Below, piece by piece: positions 30,481 through 39,878 of a DNA stretch of 64,000 nt (position 1 is its first letter; every line of letters begins with the position of its first letter). A program made the translations under genes and the position numbers. The notes under the pieces were generated by a model, which worked only from the letters and a program-made list of their open reading frames with translations, ran no database searches and had not been told where the DNA came from. This DNA is from an uncultured delta proteobacterium (GTDB lineage: Bacteria > Desulfobacterota > Binatia > Binatales > Binataceae). The DNA lies in the NCBI GenBank assembly GCA_963765675.1, contig CAVXXK010000006.1, positions 192,001-256,000 on the forward strand, given 5' to 3'.

Positions 30481-31689
30481 TTATGACGCGACCGGCGTGA
30501 CCTGCTGACCGTCGTGGAGCTTCGGTGACGGCGCCACGATCACCGTCTCACCGCCGGTCAGCCCCTGCGTGACCTGTATCCCGTCCTGAAATTCACGGCC
30601 GAGCGAAATGTCAGCCCGATGCGCTGCGCCGTCGCGCACGGTCCAGACGTAGCTGCGAGACTCGTCAGTAACCACCGCTTTCTTCGGCACCAGAACCAGA
30701 GCTGCTTCCTGCTTGGCAGCCACCGCCGCGAGAAATGTCACCTTCGCGCTCATCTCCGGCTTGATCACCTGGAGATCGGGATGAAGGATATGAACCTCGA
30801 CCTTGACGGTTCCTTTTTGCCGATCCGCCTCGGGATAAATCTTGACCACACGCGCGTCGAAGGGACGATCGGGATAAGCGTCGAGGAGCACCGTGGCGGG
30901 ACTGCCGATCGCGACTTTGGCGATATCACTTTCGTTGATATCGACCTCGGCGCGCATATCGTCGGTATTGGCAAGCTGCGCGATATCGGTCATGCCCTCG
31001 TCCGAGGCGACCGCGTTGCCGTAACTGATCATCGATCCCGCCTCGCGGAACTTCTTGAGCACGATTCCATTGATCGGCGAGCGGATGGTGCACTGGCTGA
31101 CGTTGAATTTCGCAAATGCGATCTCAGCCTCGGCTTTTTTCAGATTGGCCTCGTCCACTGACAGCGCGTTGGTGGTGACGTCATACTGGTCGTGCGATTC
31201 GACGCCGCTTCTGAAAAGTTCGAGCTGGCGTTTCTGCTGCGCGCGCCCCAGCACGACGTTGGCCGCCGCGAGGTTGCGATCAGCGATCGCCTGGTTTAGC
31301 TGGGCGACATAGTCGCGGTCGTCGATCTTCGCGAGCAGGTCGCCTTTCTTTACGTACTGTCCTTCCTGGATCGGTTCGCTGACGATCTGGCCCAGAATCT
31401 GCGCGCCGATCGTGATGTACTTGTCTTTGGTGACGATATAGCCCGAACCGGTCAGGACCGCGCCGGGCTGTCCGGCCCGCTTGATCGAAACCAGCGCGGT
31501 CTGCACCTCGAGCGGCCGCCCCAGCGTATTCAGGTAGGCGTAATATCCAGCCGCGCCGAGGACCGCGACGACGCCGAGCACGATCGCGGCCGGGATCAGC
31601 CGGCTCTTGCGCTGCGGTTCGGTGCTGCGTTTGATCCGCAGCGATTCGAGCTCGCGGATATTGGGTGGTCGCGATTGTTCCCCGGCCAT
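30481..31689 (-). CDS. MacA-like membrane fusion (periplasmic adaptor) protein
   Basis: TM, lipoyl halves (EGQYVKKGDLL, IRSPING), beta-barrel, GLTGGETV. Confidence 0.9.
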   Translation of the reverse strand: MAGEQSRPPNIRELESLRIKRSTEPQRKSRLIPAAIVLGVVAVLGAAGYYAYLNTLGRPLEVQTALVSIKRAGQPGAVLTGSGYIVTKDKYITIGAQILGQIVSEPIQEGQYVKKGDLLAKIDDRDYVAQLNQAIADRNLAAANVVLGRAQQKRQLELFRSGVESHDQYDVTTNALSVDEANLKKAEAEIAFAKFNVSQCTIRSPINGIVLKKFREAGSMISYGNAVASDEGMTDIAQLANTDDMRAEVDINESDIAKVAIGSPATVLLDAYPDRPFDARVVKIYPEADRQKGTVKVEVHILHPDLQVIKPEMSAKVTFLAAVAAKQEAALVLVPKKAVVTDESRSYVWTVRDGAAHRADISLGREFQDGIQVTQGLTGGETVIVAPSPKLHDGQQVTPVAS

Positions 31690-31692
31690 CGC

Positions 31693-32856
31693 TTAGCTCC
31701 TTCTGAGCGCATCGACCACGCCCAGGCGCATCGCCTGGCGCGCGGGCAGCCATCCGCCGAGCATACCCATCAAAGCGGAGAAGACCAGCGCCTCGATTAC
31801 GATCGCGAACGTCACCCGGAAATTAAACGCCATCGTCGAGAAGGTGACAAAGTTTCCGAAGGTGGTCGAAAACCCGTCTATCGGCATCGCGAGCAAAATT
31901 CCGATTGCTCCCGCCGCCGTCGCCAGTAGCACCGATTCGATCAGGAAGCACAGCAGGACCGAGTTCGGGCTGAAGCCGAGCGCGCGTAGCGTCCCGATTT
32001 CCGAGGTGCGCGCCGAAACCGCGGCGTACATCGTGTTCATCGCGGCGAACACCGCGCCCACGCCCATAATGATCGCGACGATCAGGCCGAGCACGCGCAT
32101 CTGGTTGGCGACGACCGATTGGTCCTTGTAGTACTGCGGCTCGGTTTCAGCTTGCAGATTGATTCGCGGGTCGTCGGCAATTCGATTGACCAGCGCCTCG
32201 GAGTCGGCTCCTGGAGCCATCTTGAGCCGCACCGTCGCGTAGTAGGCGCCGCGCTGGGTGTCGTCCTGAACGTTGTGGATATCGGCCCAGACCTCGGACT
32301 CGAACGAACTTCCGCCGGCGGTGAAAATTCCGACCACCTTCCATTTTCCGCGGCCGAATTCCATCGTCGAGCCAACCCTGGTGTTGGCGTAGCGCCCGGC
32401 GAGCCCCTTGCCGACGATCACTTCGCCCATCGCGGGTTTGAACATCCGGCCTTCGATTATCCGCACATTCTGATGCACTTCGAGCGCGACCGGCAGCACG
32501 CCGCGCACAACGATATTGTCGCTCGGTCCTTTTTCGCGCTGCATCAGCACCTGCACCGGCAGCTCGGGCGAAATCATCGGATTGCCCGCGGAGTCGCGGC
32601 GGATCTGCGGCAGAAATTTCATCGCGTCGAACTGATCGAGGTTGATCGATGAGTAGGTTTCGGTGGTCGCGCCCTTGCGCAGCACGATCATGTTGTCGGG
32701 TTCGCCAGTATCGGCGATCATCGTCCCCAGCCCCGCGACCATCGCCATTACGACTACGAACACTGCGACCACCAGCGCGATTCCACCCGCGGTCATCCCG
32801 GTCGAGACCCGGCGTACCAGCAGGCTGCGCACGTTGTATTTGAGCGGTATCGCCAT
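31693..32856 (-). CDS. MacB/FtsX-family ABC permease
   Basis: MacB periplasmic core; RTSEIGTLRALGF; PARQA. Confidence 0.9.
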   Translation of the reverse strand: MAIPLKYNVRSLLVRRVSTGMTAGGIALVVAVFVVVMAMVAGLGTMIADTGEPDNMIVLRKGATTETYSSINLDQFDAMKFLPQIRRDSAGNPMISPELPVQVLMQREKGPSDNIVVRGVLPVALEVHQNVRIIEGRMFKPAMGEVIVGKGLAGRYANTRVGSTMEFGRGKWKVVGIFTAGGSSFESEVWADIHNVQDDTQRGAYYATVRLKMAPGADSEALVNRIADDPRINLQAETEPQYYKDQSVVANQMRVLGLIVAIIMGVGAVFAAMNTMYAAVSARTSEIGTLRALGFSPNSVLLCFLIESVLLATAAGAIGILLAMPIDGFSTTFGNFVTFSTMAFNFRVTFAIVIEALVFSALMGMLGGWLPARQAMRLGVVDALRRS

Positions 32857-34001
32857 CAGGCCACCATCCGCAGCGCGTCAACGATATTCTGGCGCGCGGC
32901 CGCCCGCGCGGGCACCCACGCACTGAGCAGTCCAATCATCGCCGCGGCTATGAGAGTTTCGGCAAGAACCGATAGGGGCATCGTGATGTTGCCGATCGGC
33001 CCGAACGCCGGGCTGCCGACCGCGAAGATCTTGAGCACGATGAATGCGGCTCCGCATCCGATAAGTCCGCCCACAAGTCCGATGGTCACCGACTCGGAGA
33101 GCAGGAGACCGAGGATAGTGTTCGAGGGAAAACCGATCGAGCGCATCACCGCGATCTCGCCGCGCCGCTCGCGAATCGACATCGCGGCGGTATTCGCCGC
33201 GACCAGCCCGATCGTCAGGACCACGATAAATCCCAGGATCTCGGCCAGCTTAAAGAACATCCGGAAGTTGTTCATGAAGCTGCCGATGAAAGCCGCTTCC
33301 GACTCGCTGCGCGTCTGCGCCGAGGAATTGGCGAAGCCTTCATCGAGCGCCGCGATCACTTGCGGCACGTTCTCGGATTTATCGACCCGGACCCAATAGA
33401 CACCGACGACGCCTGGACGGCCCGCGGCCTCGTCAAGATAGTCGCGGCGGAAAATCAGGAAGTTCGCCGGCGCGCTGCCGCCGTGCATCACGCCCACGAC
33501 ATCGAGCGTGACGTTGAACGAATAAGCCGTGCCGCGCAGCGTGATCTGCTGGCCGACGTGCAGGTTGAAGCGTTTCATCGTGCCCGAGCCGACCAGGCAC
33601 GCGGTGCGCAAGCTCTCGAATTTTTTCCACGATTCTTTCGACACGCCCCAATCGGGCCACATCGCCTCGGCAGTGTCGGGATCGACCGCGAGGTTCGGAA
33701 ACTGATCGTTGACGTCGTGATAGATTCCGCCAAACCAGGTCTCGGGCGTGACCGTCTCGACGTGGGGAGTCGCCGCGATGCGCTGCTTGTACGCCTCGGG
33801 CATCGAAAAGGCCAGCCCCGCCTTGTTGTGGCACGCGATTCGCACCGACGACGCGCTGTCGGCAAGAATTTCGTTGGCGACACTGGGCAGGCTGACCAGC
33901 GCTGAAAAGATAAACAGCGACACCGCGATCGAGAGGACCGTCAGAATCGTGCGCCGCTTGCTGCGCAGCAGATTTTTCAGCACCAGCATGACGTACTTCA
34001 T
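32856..34001 (-). CDS. MacB/FtsX-family ABC permease (duplicate copy 2)
   Basis: KNLLRSKRRT, ERRGEIAVMRSIGF; 381-aa paralog of 34090-35235. Confidence 0.9.
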   Translation of the reverse strand: MKYVMLVLKNLLRSKRRTILTVLSIAVSLFIFSALVSLPSVANEILADSASSVRIACHNKAGLAFSMPEAYKQRIAATPHVETVTPETWFGGIYHDVNDQFPNLAVDPDTAEAMWPDWGVSKESWKKFESLRTACLVGSGTMKRFNLHVGQQITLRGTAYSFNVTLDVVGVMHGGSAPANFLIFRRDYLDEAAGRPGVVGVYWVRVDKSENVPQVIAALDEGFANSSAQTRSESEAAFIGSFMNNFRMFFKLAEILGFIVVLTIGLVAANTAAMSIRERRGEIAVMRSIGFPSNTILGLLLSESVTIGLVGGLIGCGAAFIVLKIFAVGSPAFGPIGNITMPLSVLAETLIAAAMIGLLSAWVPARAAARQNIVDALRMVA

Positions 34002-34090
34002 CGCTCGGCGCCTGCCGCGATCACTGCGCCGCCTGCGCGAATGATGGCGGAGAACTGCCCGCGCGGGTCAGATTTGAGCGGTATCGCCAT
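33998..34090 (-). CDS. 30-aa bridge ORF between the duplicated permeases
   Basis: MAIPLKSDPRGQFSAIIRAGGAVIAAGAER; starts by TGATG overlap and ends by ATGA overlap; first 6 codons identical to the start of 31693-32856. Confidence 0.55.
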   Translation of the reverse strand: MAIPLKSDPRGQFSAIIRAGGAVIAAGAER

Positions 34091-35235
34091 CAGGCCACCA
34101 TCCGCAGCGCGTCAACGATATTCTGGCGCGCCGCGGTTCGCGCCGGCACCCACGCACTCAGGAGTCCGATCAGTGCCGCGACGACCAGCGTCTCAATCAG
34201 TATCGAGAGCGGCATCTTGATTTCGCTCAGCGGTCCGAGCACCGGGCTGCCGACCGAAAAAATTTTGAGCACGATAAACGCCGCGCCGCATCCGAGGATT
34301 CCGCCGAGCAGCCCGATGATTAGGGACTCCGACAGCAGCAGGCTCAGGATCGTGCTCGAGGGAAAACCGATCGAGCGCATCACCGCGATCTCGCCGCGCC
34401 GCTCGCGAATCGACATCGCGGCGGTGTTCGCGGCCACCAGTCCGATCGTGATCACCACGATAAAACCCAGGATCTCGGCTAGCCGGAAGAACATCCGGAA
34501 GTTGTTCATGAAGCTGCCGATAAACGCCGCTTCCGACTCGCTGCGCGTCTCCGCCGAGGAGTTGGCGAAGCCTTCATCGAGCGCCGCGATCACTTGCGGC
34601 ACGTTCTCGGATTTATCGACCCGCACCCAGTAGTTATCGACGAAGCCTGGACGGCCCGCGGCCTCGTCAAGATAGTCGCGGCGGAAAATCAGGAAGTTCG
34701 CCGGCGCGCTGCCGCCGTGCATCACGCCCACGATATTGAGCGTGACGTTGAACGAATAAACCGTGCCGCGCAGCATGATCTGCTGGCCGACGTGCAGGTT
34801 GAAACGTTTCATCGTGCCCGAGCCGACCAGGCACGCGGTGCGCAAGCTCTCGAACTTTTTCCACGATTCTTTCGACACGCCCCAATCGGGCCACATCGCC
34901 TCGGCGGTGTCGGGATCGACCGCGAGGTTCGGAAACTGATCGTTGACGTCGTGATAGATTCCGCCGAACCAGCTCTCGGGCGTGACCGCTTCGACATGCG
35001 GAGTCGCGGCGATCCGCTGCTTGTAGGCCTCGGGCATCGAGTAGGCCAGCCCGGCCTTGTTGTGGCACGAGATCCTGACCGACGACGAGCTGTCCGCAAG
35101 GATTTCGTTGGCGACAGTGGGCAGGCTGACCAGCGCTGAAAAGATAAACAGCGACACCGCGATCGAGAGGACCGTCAGAATCGTGCGCCGCTTGCTGCGC
35201 AGCAGATTTTTCAGCACCAGTACGATGTACTTCAT
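34090..35235 (-). CDS. MacB/FtsX-family ABC permease (duplicate copy 1)
   Basis: Same motifs and length as 32856-34001. Confidence 0.9.
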   Translation of the reverse strand: MKYIVLVLKNLLRSKRRTILTVLSIAVSLFIFSALVSLPTVANEILADSSSSVRISCHNKAGLAYSMPEAYKQRIAATPHVEAVTPESWFGGIYHDVNDQFPNLAVDPDTAEAMWPDWGVSKESWKKFESLRTACLVGSGTMKRFNLHVGQQIMLRGTVYSFNVTLNIVGVMHGGSAPANFLIFRRDYLDEAAGRPGFVDNYWVRVDKSENVPQVIAALDEGFANSSAETRSESEAAFIGSFMNNFRMFFRLAEILGFIVVITIGLVAANTAAMSIRERRGEIAVMRSIGFPSSTILSLLLSESLIIGLLGGILGCGAAFIVLKIFSVGSPVLGPLSEIKMPLSILIETLVVAALIGLLSAWVPARTAARQNIVDALRMVA

Positions 35236-35244
35236 CGGCAGTCC

Positions 35245-35979
35245 CTATGCGTGCGCTCCCGCCGCCTCAACTCGCGCAGGCCCGCCCTTGCCCGGCTCGA
35301 CCCCGGCCAGGATTCCCTTGTCGAGGCGGTAAACCGTATCGACGAACCGCTCGGCGCGCGGGTCGTGCGTGACCATCACGATCGTGCGATGAAACTGGCG
35401 ATTCAAATCGGTCAGCAGGTTCAGGATCTCCTCGGCCGATTTCGCGTCGAGGTCGCCGGTCGGTTCGTCGGCGACCACGATCGTCGGATCGGTGACCAGC
35501 GCGCGTGCGATCGCGACGCGCTGCTCCTGTCCGCCAGAAAGCTGACGCGGATAGTGATCCATCCGGTCCGCGAGCCCGACGATTCGCAGCGCCGTTTCCA
35601 CATGCTCGCGCCGCTCGGCCTTATTGAGCGGAGTCAGCAGCAGAGGCAGCTCGACGTTCTCGAACGCGGTCAGCACCGGAATCAGATTGTAGAACTGGAA
35701 CACGAGCCCGATGTGACGCGCGCGCCACGAGGCCAGATCTCGCTCCTTCATCCCGGTGATCTCCTCGCCCCCGACCGAGACCCGCCCCGAGGTCGCGTGA
35801 TCGATTCCCGCGATCAGGTTGAGCATCGTGGTCTTGCCCGATCCCGACGGACCCATGATCGCGACGAAGCGCCCCTCGGGCACCTGGATCGTCACGTCGT
35901 CGAGCGCGCGGACTTCAAATTCGTCACGCCGATAAATGCGGGTTACATGTTCGAGATCGATTGCGTATTTTGTATCCAT
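35245..35979 (-). CDS. LolD/MacB-type ABC ATP-binding protein
   Basis: [35 protein letters not shown]. Confidence 0.93.
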   Translation of the reverse strand: MDTKYAIDLEHVTRIYRRDEFEVRALDDVTIQVPEGRFVAIMGPSGSGKTTMLNLIAGIDHATSGRVSVGGEEITGMKERDLASWRARHIGLVFQFYNLIPVLTAFENVELPLLLTPLNKAERREHVETALRIVGLADRMDHYPRQLSGGQEQRVAIARALVTDPTIVVADEPTGDLDAKSAEEILNLLTDLNRQFHRTIVMVTHDPRAERFVDTVYRLDKGILAGVEPGKGGPARVEAAGAHA

Positions 35980-36041
35980 CTGCGCTGCTCCCCTCGTTGT
36001 TGCCGCTGGTCAGAATCTCCGATCGATTTATTTCGTTTCGA

Positions 36042-36716
36042 TTATCTTCCCGCCGCGGCCGCCGCTGTCGGCCGATTGCGGATCCTGCGCGCGGGCGCCA
36101 TCTCACGTTTCAGTTGCGCCGCCAGCTTCGCGAAGACTTCGACTTTGGTCGTGCAGACCGCGCGTCCGAGCTCGACCACGATTTGCCGAAACGGGCTGTC
36201 GCCGCGCCGCTTCATTTCTCCGGCCAGCCAGGTGAGCATCTTCACCACCTCGGCATCCTCGCGTCCGGCGCGATCCAGATGCTCGAGCGCCGCCTGCGGA
36301 TCGTGCTCGGCGAAATAAATCTTGATCTGCGACTCGTCATAGATGAACAGCGGCTGCGCAGGCTCGCGCAGTGTCTTCAGGAACCGCGCCCGGCCGGCGG
36401 GCGTGATCGCGTAAACCTTGCGCGCGCGTCGTCCGTGCCGTTCCGAGCGCATCGTGACCAGGCCGTCGAGCGCCATGCGTTTGAGGGCAGGGTAGAGCGA
36501 ACCGTCGCTGACCCGGTAGAAGAATCCGATCGGATCCTGGAAGCGGCGCTTGAGATCGTAGCCGGTCATCTCGGATTCCATCAGAAAGCCGAGGATCGGA
36601 AATTTAACATCGATGCGCGGCGCGGGTGCGGGTTCGGCAAATGCGCGCGCCCACAATGGCAGCGGCTTAGGTGCAAGAATCGGCTGTGGCGCAGGTTTGA
36701 GGCTTCGTGATCGCAT
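36042..36716 (-). CDS. PadR-family transcriptional regulator
   Basis: ILGFL....TGYDL, GSLYPAL, RKVYAIT.AG. Confidence 0.88.
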   Translation of the reverse strand: MRSRSLKPAPQPILAPKPLPLWARAFAEPAPAPRIDVKFPILGFLMESEMTGYDLKRRFQDPIGFFYRVSDGSLYPALKRMALDGLVTMRSERHGRRARKVYAITPAGRARFLKTLREPAQPLFIYDESQIKIYFAEHDPQAALEHLDRAGREDAEVVKMLTWLAGEMKRRGDSPFRQIVVELGRAVCTTKVEVFAKLAAQLKREMAPARRIRNRPTAAAAAGR

Positions 36717-36730
36717 AACGTATCGACCCA

Positions 36731-36762
36731 ATAGCTCGACTTGAGATAACGAGTCAAGCTAT
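36731..36762. promoter_or_regulatory. inverted repeat, probable PadR operator or promoter
   Basis: ATAGCTCGACTTG-N6-CGAGTCAAGCTAT (13-bp arms, 2 mismatches) containing a minus-strand TTGACT, just upstream of padR. Confidence 0.6.
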
Positions 36763-36781
36763 TGCATTCGGCGCGAGGACG

Positions 36782-37302
36782 TTAGGCCCGTCGCACTGCG
36801 AATGTGAACGCGAGCCGCCAGTTGCTCTCCCCGATTAGCGGAGGAAGCGTGGCCGCTGCTCGTTCAATCCGACGGACCTCATCGGCAGCAGGTTCTGTGC
36901 CAAATGCCCGGTCCCACAGCGGCGTCGTCACCCCGAAGATCGCGTCCGGCACGCGCAGATGATGCGCGAGATGACGCCCGCGCAGCCGCGCCTCGAATCG
37001 ATTCGAGGGATGGGCGAAATGAATTCGGTAGTGAATCACCTCGTACAGAACGAACCCAGCGACGAGTCCATAAAACGCGCAGGCTCCCGCCGAATTGCCG
37101 AAAATTGCAACCGCTGCAAGCGTAACCGCGCTCACTGGGATCCACGCGCCGACAGTGAACACCGCATGAGGATCCTGATGATGCACCGCGTGCAGGGGAG
37201 TCGCGAAGGTACGAAATCGATGCCCGAGCCATCCGTGAATCGCATACTCAACGAAGGTCCAGGCGAGCACTCCGCCCGCAAACAAAGGACGCGCACGAGC
37301 AT
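36782..37302 (-). CDS. fatty acid hydroxylase/sterol desaturase family protein (probable frameshift near the 5' end)
   Basis: His boxes EYAIH...H, HAVHH, YEVIH..H, HLAHH and FGVTTPLWD; the ATG at 37302 joins the frame if one T is restored. Confidence 0.8.
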
Positions 37303-37528
37303 GGCGTCGAGTCTATCCGCGCGCGAAAAGAGCAGCAACGCAACCGCACGACTGCATCCGAACGCAGTCAGCGTACTGCACGATCGGAAGAGTGGGCCGT
37401 CGAGATCGAGGCGCTTGACCTATACCTCAATAATGAACTATATCAGCAATGCAATGAAGACGAAGGCGCGGATCTTAGCCGTGCCTGCAAACGAACGACA
37501 AAGATCACAATCACGGAGGACGCATCCG

Positions 37529-38890
37529 ATGTGGAATTCTGACAGTCCATACCTTAACGGCAACTATGCTCCCTGGCGCGAGGAGGGCGACGCCTACGAC
37601 CTCGAAGTCGAGGGTGAAATTCCGCGCGAGCTCTCGGGCGCGCTCTACCGGATCGGTCCCAATCCGCAGTTCAAGCCGATCGGACGCTACCATTGGTTCG
37701 ACGGCGACGGGATGGTCCACGGATTTCTGCTGCGCGACGGCCGCGCTGCCTATCGCAATCGTTACGTCAAGACCGACGGACTCAAGGCCGAGATGAAGTA
37801 TGGACGCGCGCTCTACGGCGGCCTGATCGAAGGACTGACCCGCGAAGTTCCAGCCGACGTTCCGCCGATGAAGAATCAGGCCAACACCAATATTATCGGC
37901 TACGCTAACCGCCTGCTCGCGCTAATGGAGGGGGGTCTGCCGACCGAGCTCAAGCCCGAGACGCTCGAAACCGTCGGGATGTACAGCTTCGGCGGTAAGG
38001 TGAACGGTCCGGTAACGGCGCATCCGAAGTACGATCCAAAAAACGGCGACCTGCTGTTCTTCGGCTATTCGCCGTTTCCGCCGTACACGACCTGGTACCG
38101 CGCCGACAAGGGCGGCAACCTGCTTGAGACGCGCGCGATCGATTCCGGATTGCCGGTGATGATGCATGATTTCGTCACCACCGATAACTACGCGATCTTC
38201 TTCGTGTGTCCTTCCGTGTTCCGGATCGAGAACGCCTCGAAGGGGCTGCCGCTGATGGTCTGGGAGCCGCAGCATGGAACGAAAATTGGCGCGATGCATC
38301 GCAAGTCCGGCGAGATCAAATGGTTCCACACCGACGCGTTTTACGTTTTCCATTTCCTGAACGCCTATGAGGAAAACGGCTCGCTCGTGATCGACGGATG
38401 CCGTCTCGCGTCGCTCAACATGGGCGGCAATTCCTTCGGAGATCCGGCGATGCCCTGGCAGTGGACGCTCAATTTGAAAGACGGCTCGATGCGCGATCGC
38501 CAGATCGACGATACCTCGAGCGAGTTCCCGCGTCTCGACGAACGCCGCGCCGGACTGAAGCATCGCTATGGATATTTCGCCGGCGGCGTCGACAAGAAAG
38601 ATCGCGCGCTCAGTTTCAATGCCGTGATCAAGCGCGATTATCAGACCGGCAAGCATCAGCTTCAGACGCTTGGCGGCAACAAAACGCCCGGTGAGCCGGT
38701 CTTCGTCCCGCGCAGCGCAGGCTCGGCGGAGGACGACGGCTGGGTGCTCTCGGTCTGGTACGATCGAGCCGAGAACACAAGTGAGTTGGTAATTCAGAAC
38801 GCGCAGGATTTCAGCGGCGCACCAATCGCGCGCGTCAAGGCGCCTCATCGCGTCCCGTTCGGATTCCACGGCAACTGGGTGCCCGCCTGA
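37529..38890 (+). CDS. carotenoid cleavage oxygenase / lignostilbene dioxygenase family
   Basis: GPNPQ, HWFDGDGMVH, TAHPK, MMHDF, FHF.N, EFPR, GEPVFVP, PFGFHG; GGAGGA RBS. Confidence 0.93.
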   Translation: MWNSDSPYLNGNYAPWREEGDAYDLEVEGEIPRELSGALYRIGPNPQFKPIGRYHWFDGDGMVHGFLLRDGRAAYRNRYVKTDGLKAEMKYGRALYGGLIEGLTREVPADVPPMKNQANTNIIGYANRLLALMEGGLPTELKPETLETVGMYSFGGKVNGPVTAHPKYDPKNGDLLFFGYSPFPPYTTWYRADKGGNLLETRAIDSGLPVMMHDFVTTDNYAIFFVCPSVFRIENASKGLPLMVWEPQHGTKIGAMHRKSGEIKWFHTDAFYVFHFLNAYEENGSLVIDGCRLASLNMGGNSFGDPAMPWQWTLNLKDGSMRDRQIDDTSSEFPRLDERRAGLKHRYGYFAGGVDKKDRALSFNAVIKRDYQTGKHQLQTLGGNKTPGEPVFVPRSAGSAEDDGWVLSVWYDRAENTSELVIQNAQDFSGAPIARVKAPHRVPFGFHGNWVPA

Positions 38891-38894
38891 GCCA

Positions 38895-39581
38895 ATGAAG
38901 AAGCTGGCGGCCAAGCCAAAGCGGGCGGCGCGCGCCGGACTTGATTCCGGTACGGCGCGCGCCGCCGCGCCGATCGAGCGCGCGCGCGAGCGTCAAAGTG
39001 CGATCAAGTCGTCGCTCGAGTACGCGCTGTTGGGGCTGGTGTCTGAATCTCCCGGAGTGTCCGGCTACGATATCGTGAAAATCTTCGAGCTCTCGATGCG
39101 CCATTTCTGGCATGCGCACCAGGGGCAGATTTATCCCACGCTCGAGCGGATGGAAGCCGCTGGATGGATCAAGAGCCGGCAGGTGATCCAGCAAGGACGC
39201 CCCAACAAGCGCGAGTTCTCGATCACGCCGGCCGGAGAGTGCGCGCTCACGCGATGGCTGCATAGCCCGTTCGAGAAGATGAAGCTCAAGTATCCGCCAC
39301 TGTTGCGGACGCGATTCCTGGGACATCTCGGCGCAGACGCGGCCCGCGCCCAGCTTCAGGAGCATCGGCACGAGACACAGCGCTATCTGGAAGAGTTGCG
39401 CGCGATCGAGCGCGGCTTCTTCGCGCGCGTCGAGCGCTATCCGGACGTCAATGTGATGTTCTCTTTCTTCACCCTGAAGTACGGAATCGGCTGGATGGAA
39501 GAAAACCTGCGCTGGTGCGACTGGGCACTCGCCGAGCTCGACCGCAATCTCGCGCTCTTCCGCCCGCGCCACTCTCGCTAG
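38895..39581 (+). CDS. PadR-family regulator with AphA-like C-terminal domain
   Basis: YALLGL, SGYDI, FW.AH.GQIYPTL, RPNKR...IT.AG. Confidence 0.9.
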   Translation: MKKLAAKPKRAARAGLDSGTARAAAPIERARERQSAIKSSLEYALLGLVSESPGVSGYDIVKIFELSMRHFWHAHQGQIYPTLERMEAAGWIKSRQVIQQGRPNKREFSITPAGECALTRWLHSPFEKMKLKYPPLLRTRFLGHLGADAARAQLQEHRHETQRYLEELRAIERGFFARVERYPDVNVMFSFFTLKYGIGWMEENLRWCDWALAELDRNLALFRPRHSR

Positions 39582-39594
39582 CGGGCCCCGATTG

Positions 39595-39678
39595 TCCCTC
39601 TCCCAACAGGATTGGGAGAGGGTGCGTGGCGCGGCGATTGCTCTTTTCAGCAATCGCCGTGACGCGCGGGTGAGGGGC
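39595..39678. repeat. REP-like palindromic element, family A copy 1
   Basis: CCCTCTCCCAA..TTGGGAGAGGG plus GGCGATTGCT..AGCAATCGCC plus GGGTGAGGG; reverse complement of the left arm of the 57570 element. Confidence 0.8.
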
Positions 39679-39799
39679 CTCCAGAATCGAAATCTGAAAG
39701 CGAAAGCCCGTCTACCGCAGGCCGATCCAGAAAAATCATCGATCCGGCATAAATCCGGTATAGACCTTGGCGCTGCTTTTAGTATTCTAGGGCAAACCT

Positions 39800-39826
39800 G
39801 AATTTCGGCCTCGTTTTATCGTCCGA
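39800..39826 (+). promoter_or_regulatory. possible RpoE/ECF promoter of degP
   Basis: GAATTT-N16-TCCGA resembles the sigmaE consensus GAACTT-N16-TCTGA. Confidence 0.4.
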
Positions 39827-39878
39827 TATTGCAAGGGTTGCGGTTTGCGGGTTGACCATATGAATCCAGGAGGTTTGC

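Larger units (their letters stand above)
32838..35235. repeat. tandem direct duplication of about 1.16 kb (32838-34001 and 34072-35235)
   Basis: Long identical stretches at both ends and in the centre; divergence is concentrated in the C-terminal TM region. Confidence 0.9.

Noticed and set aside
36959-37528. 190-aa N-terminal extension on the carotenoid oxygenase
   Set aside because: Overlaps the opposite-strand hydroxylase; a clear GGAGGA RBS precedes ATG 37529
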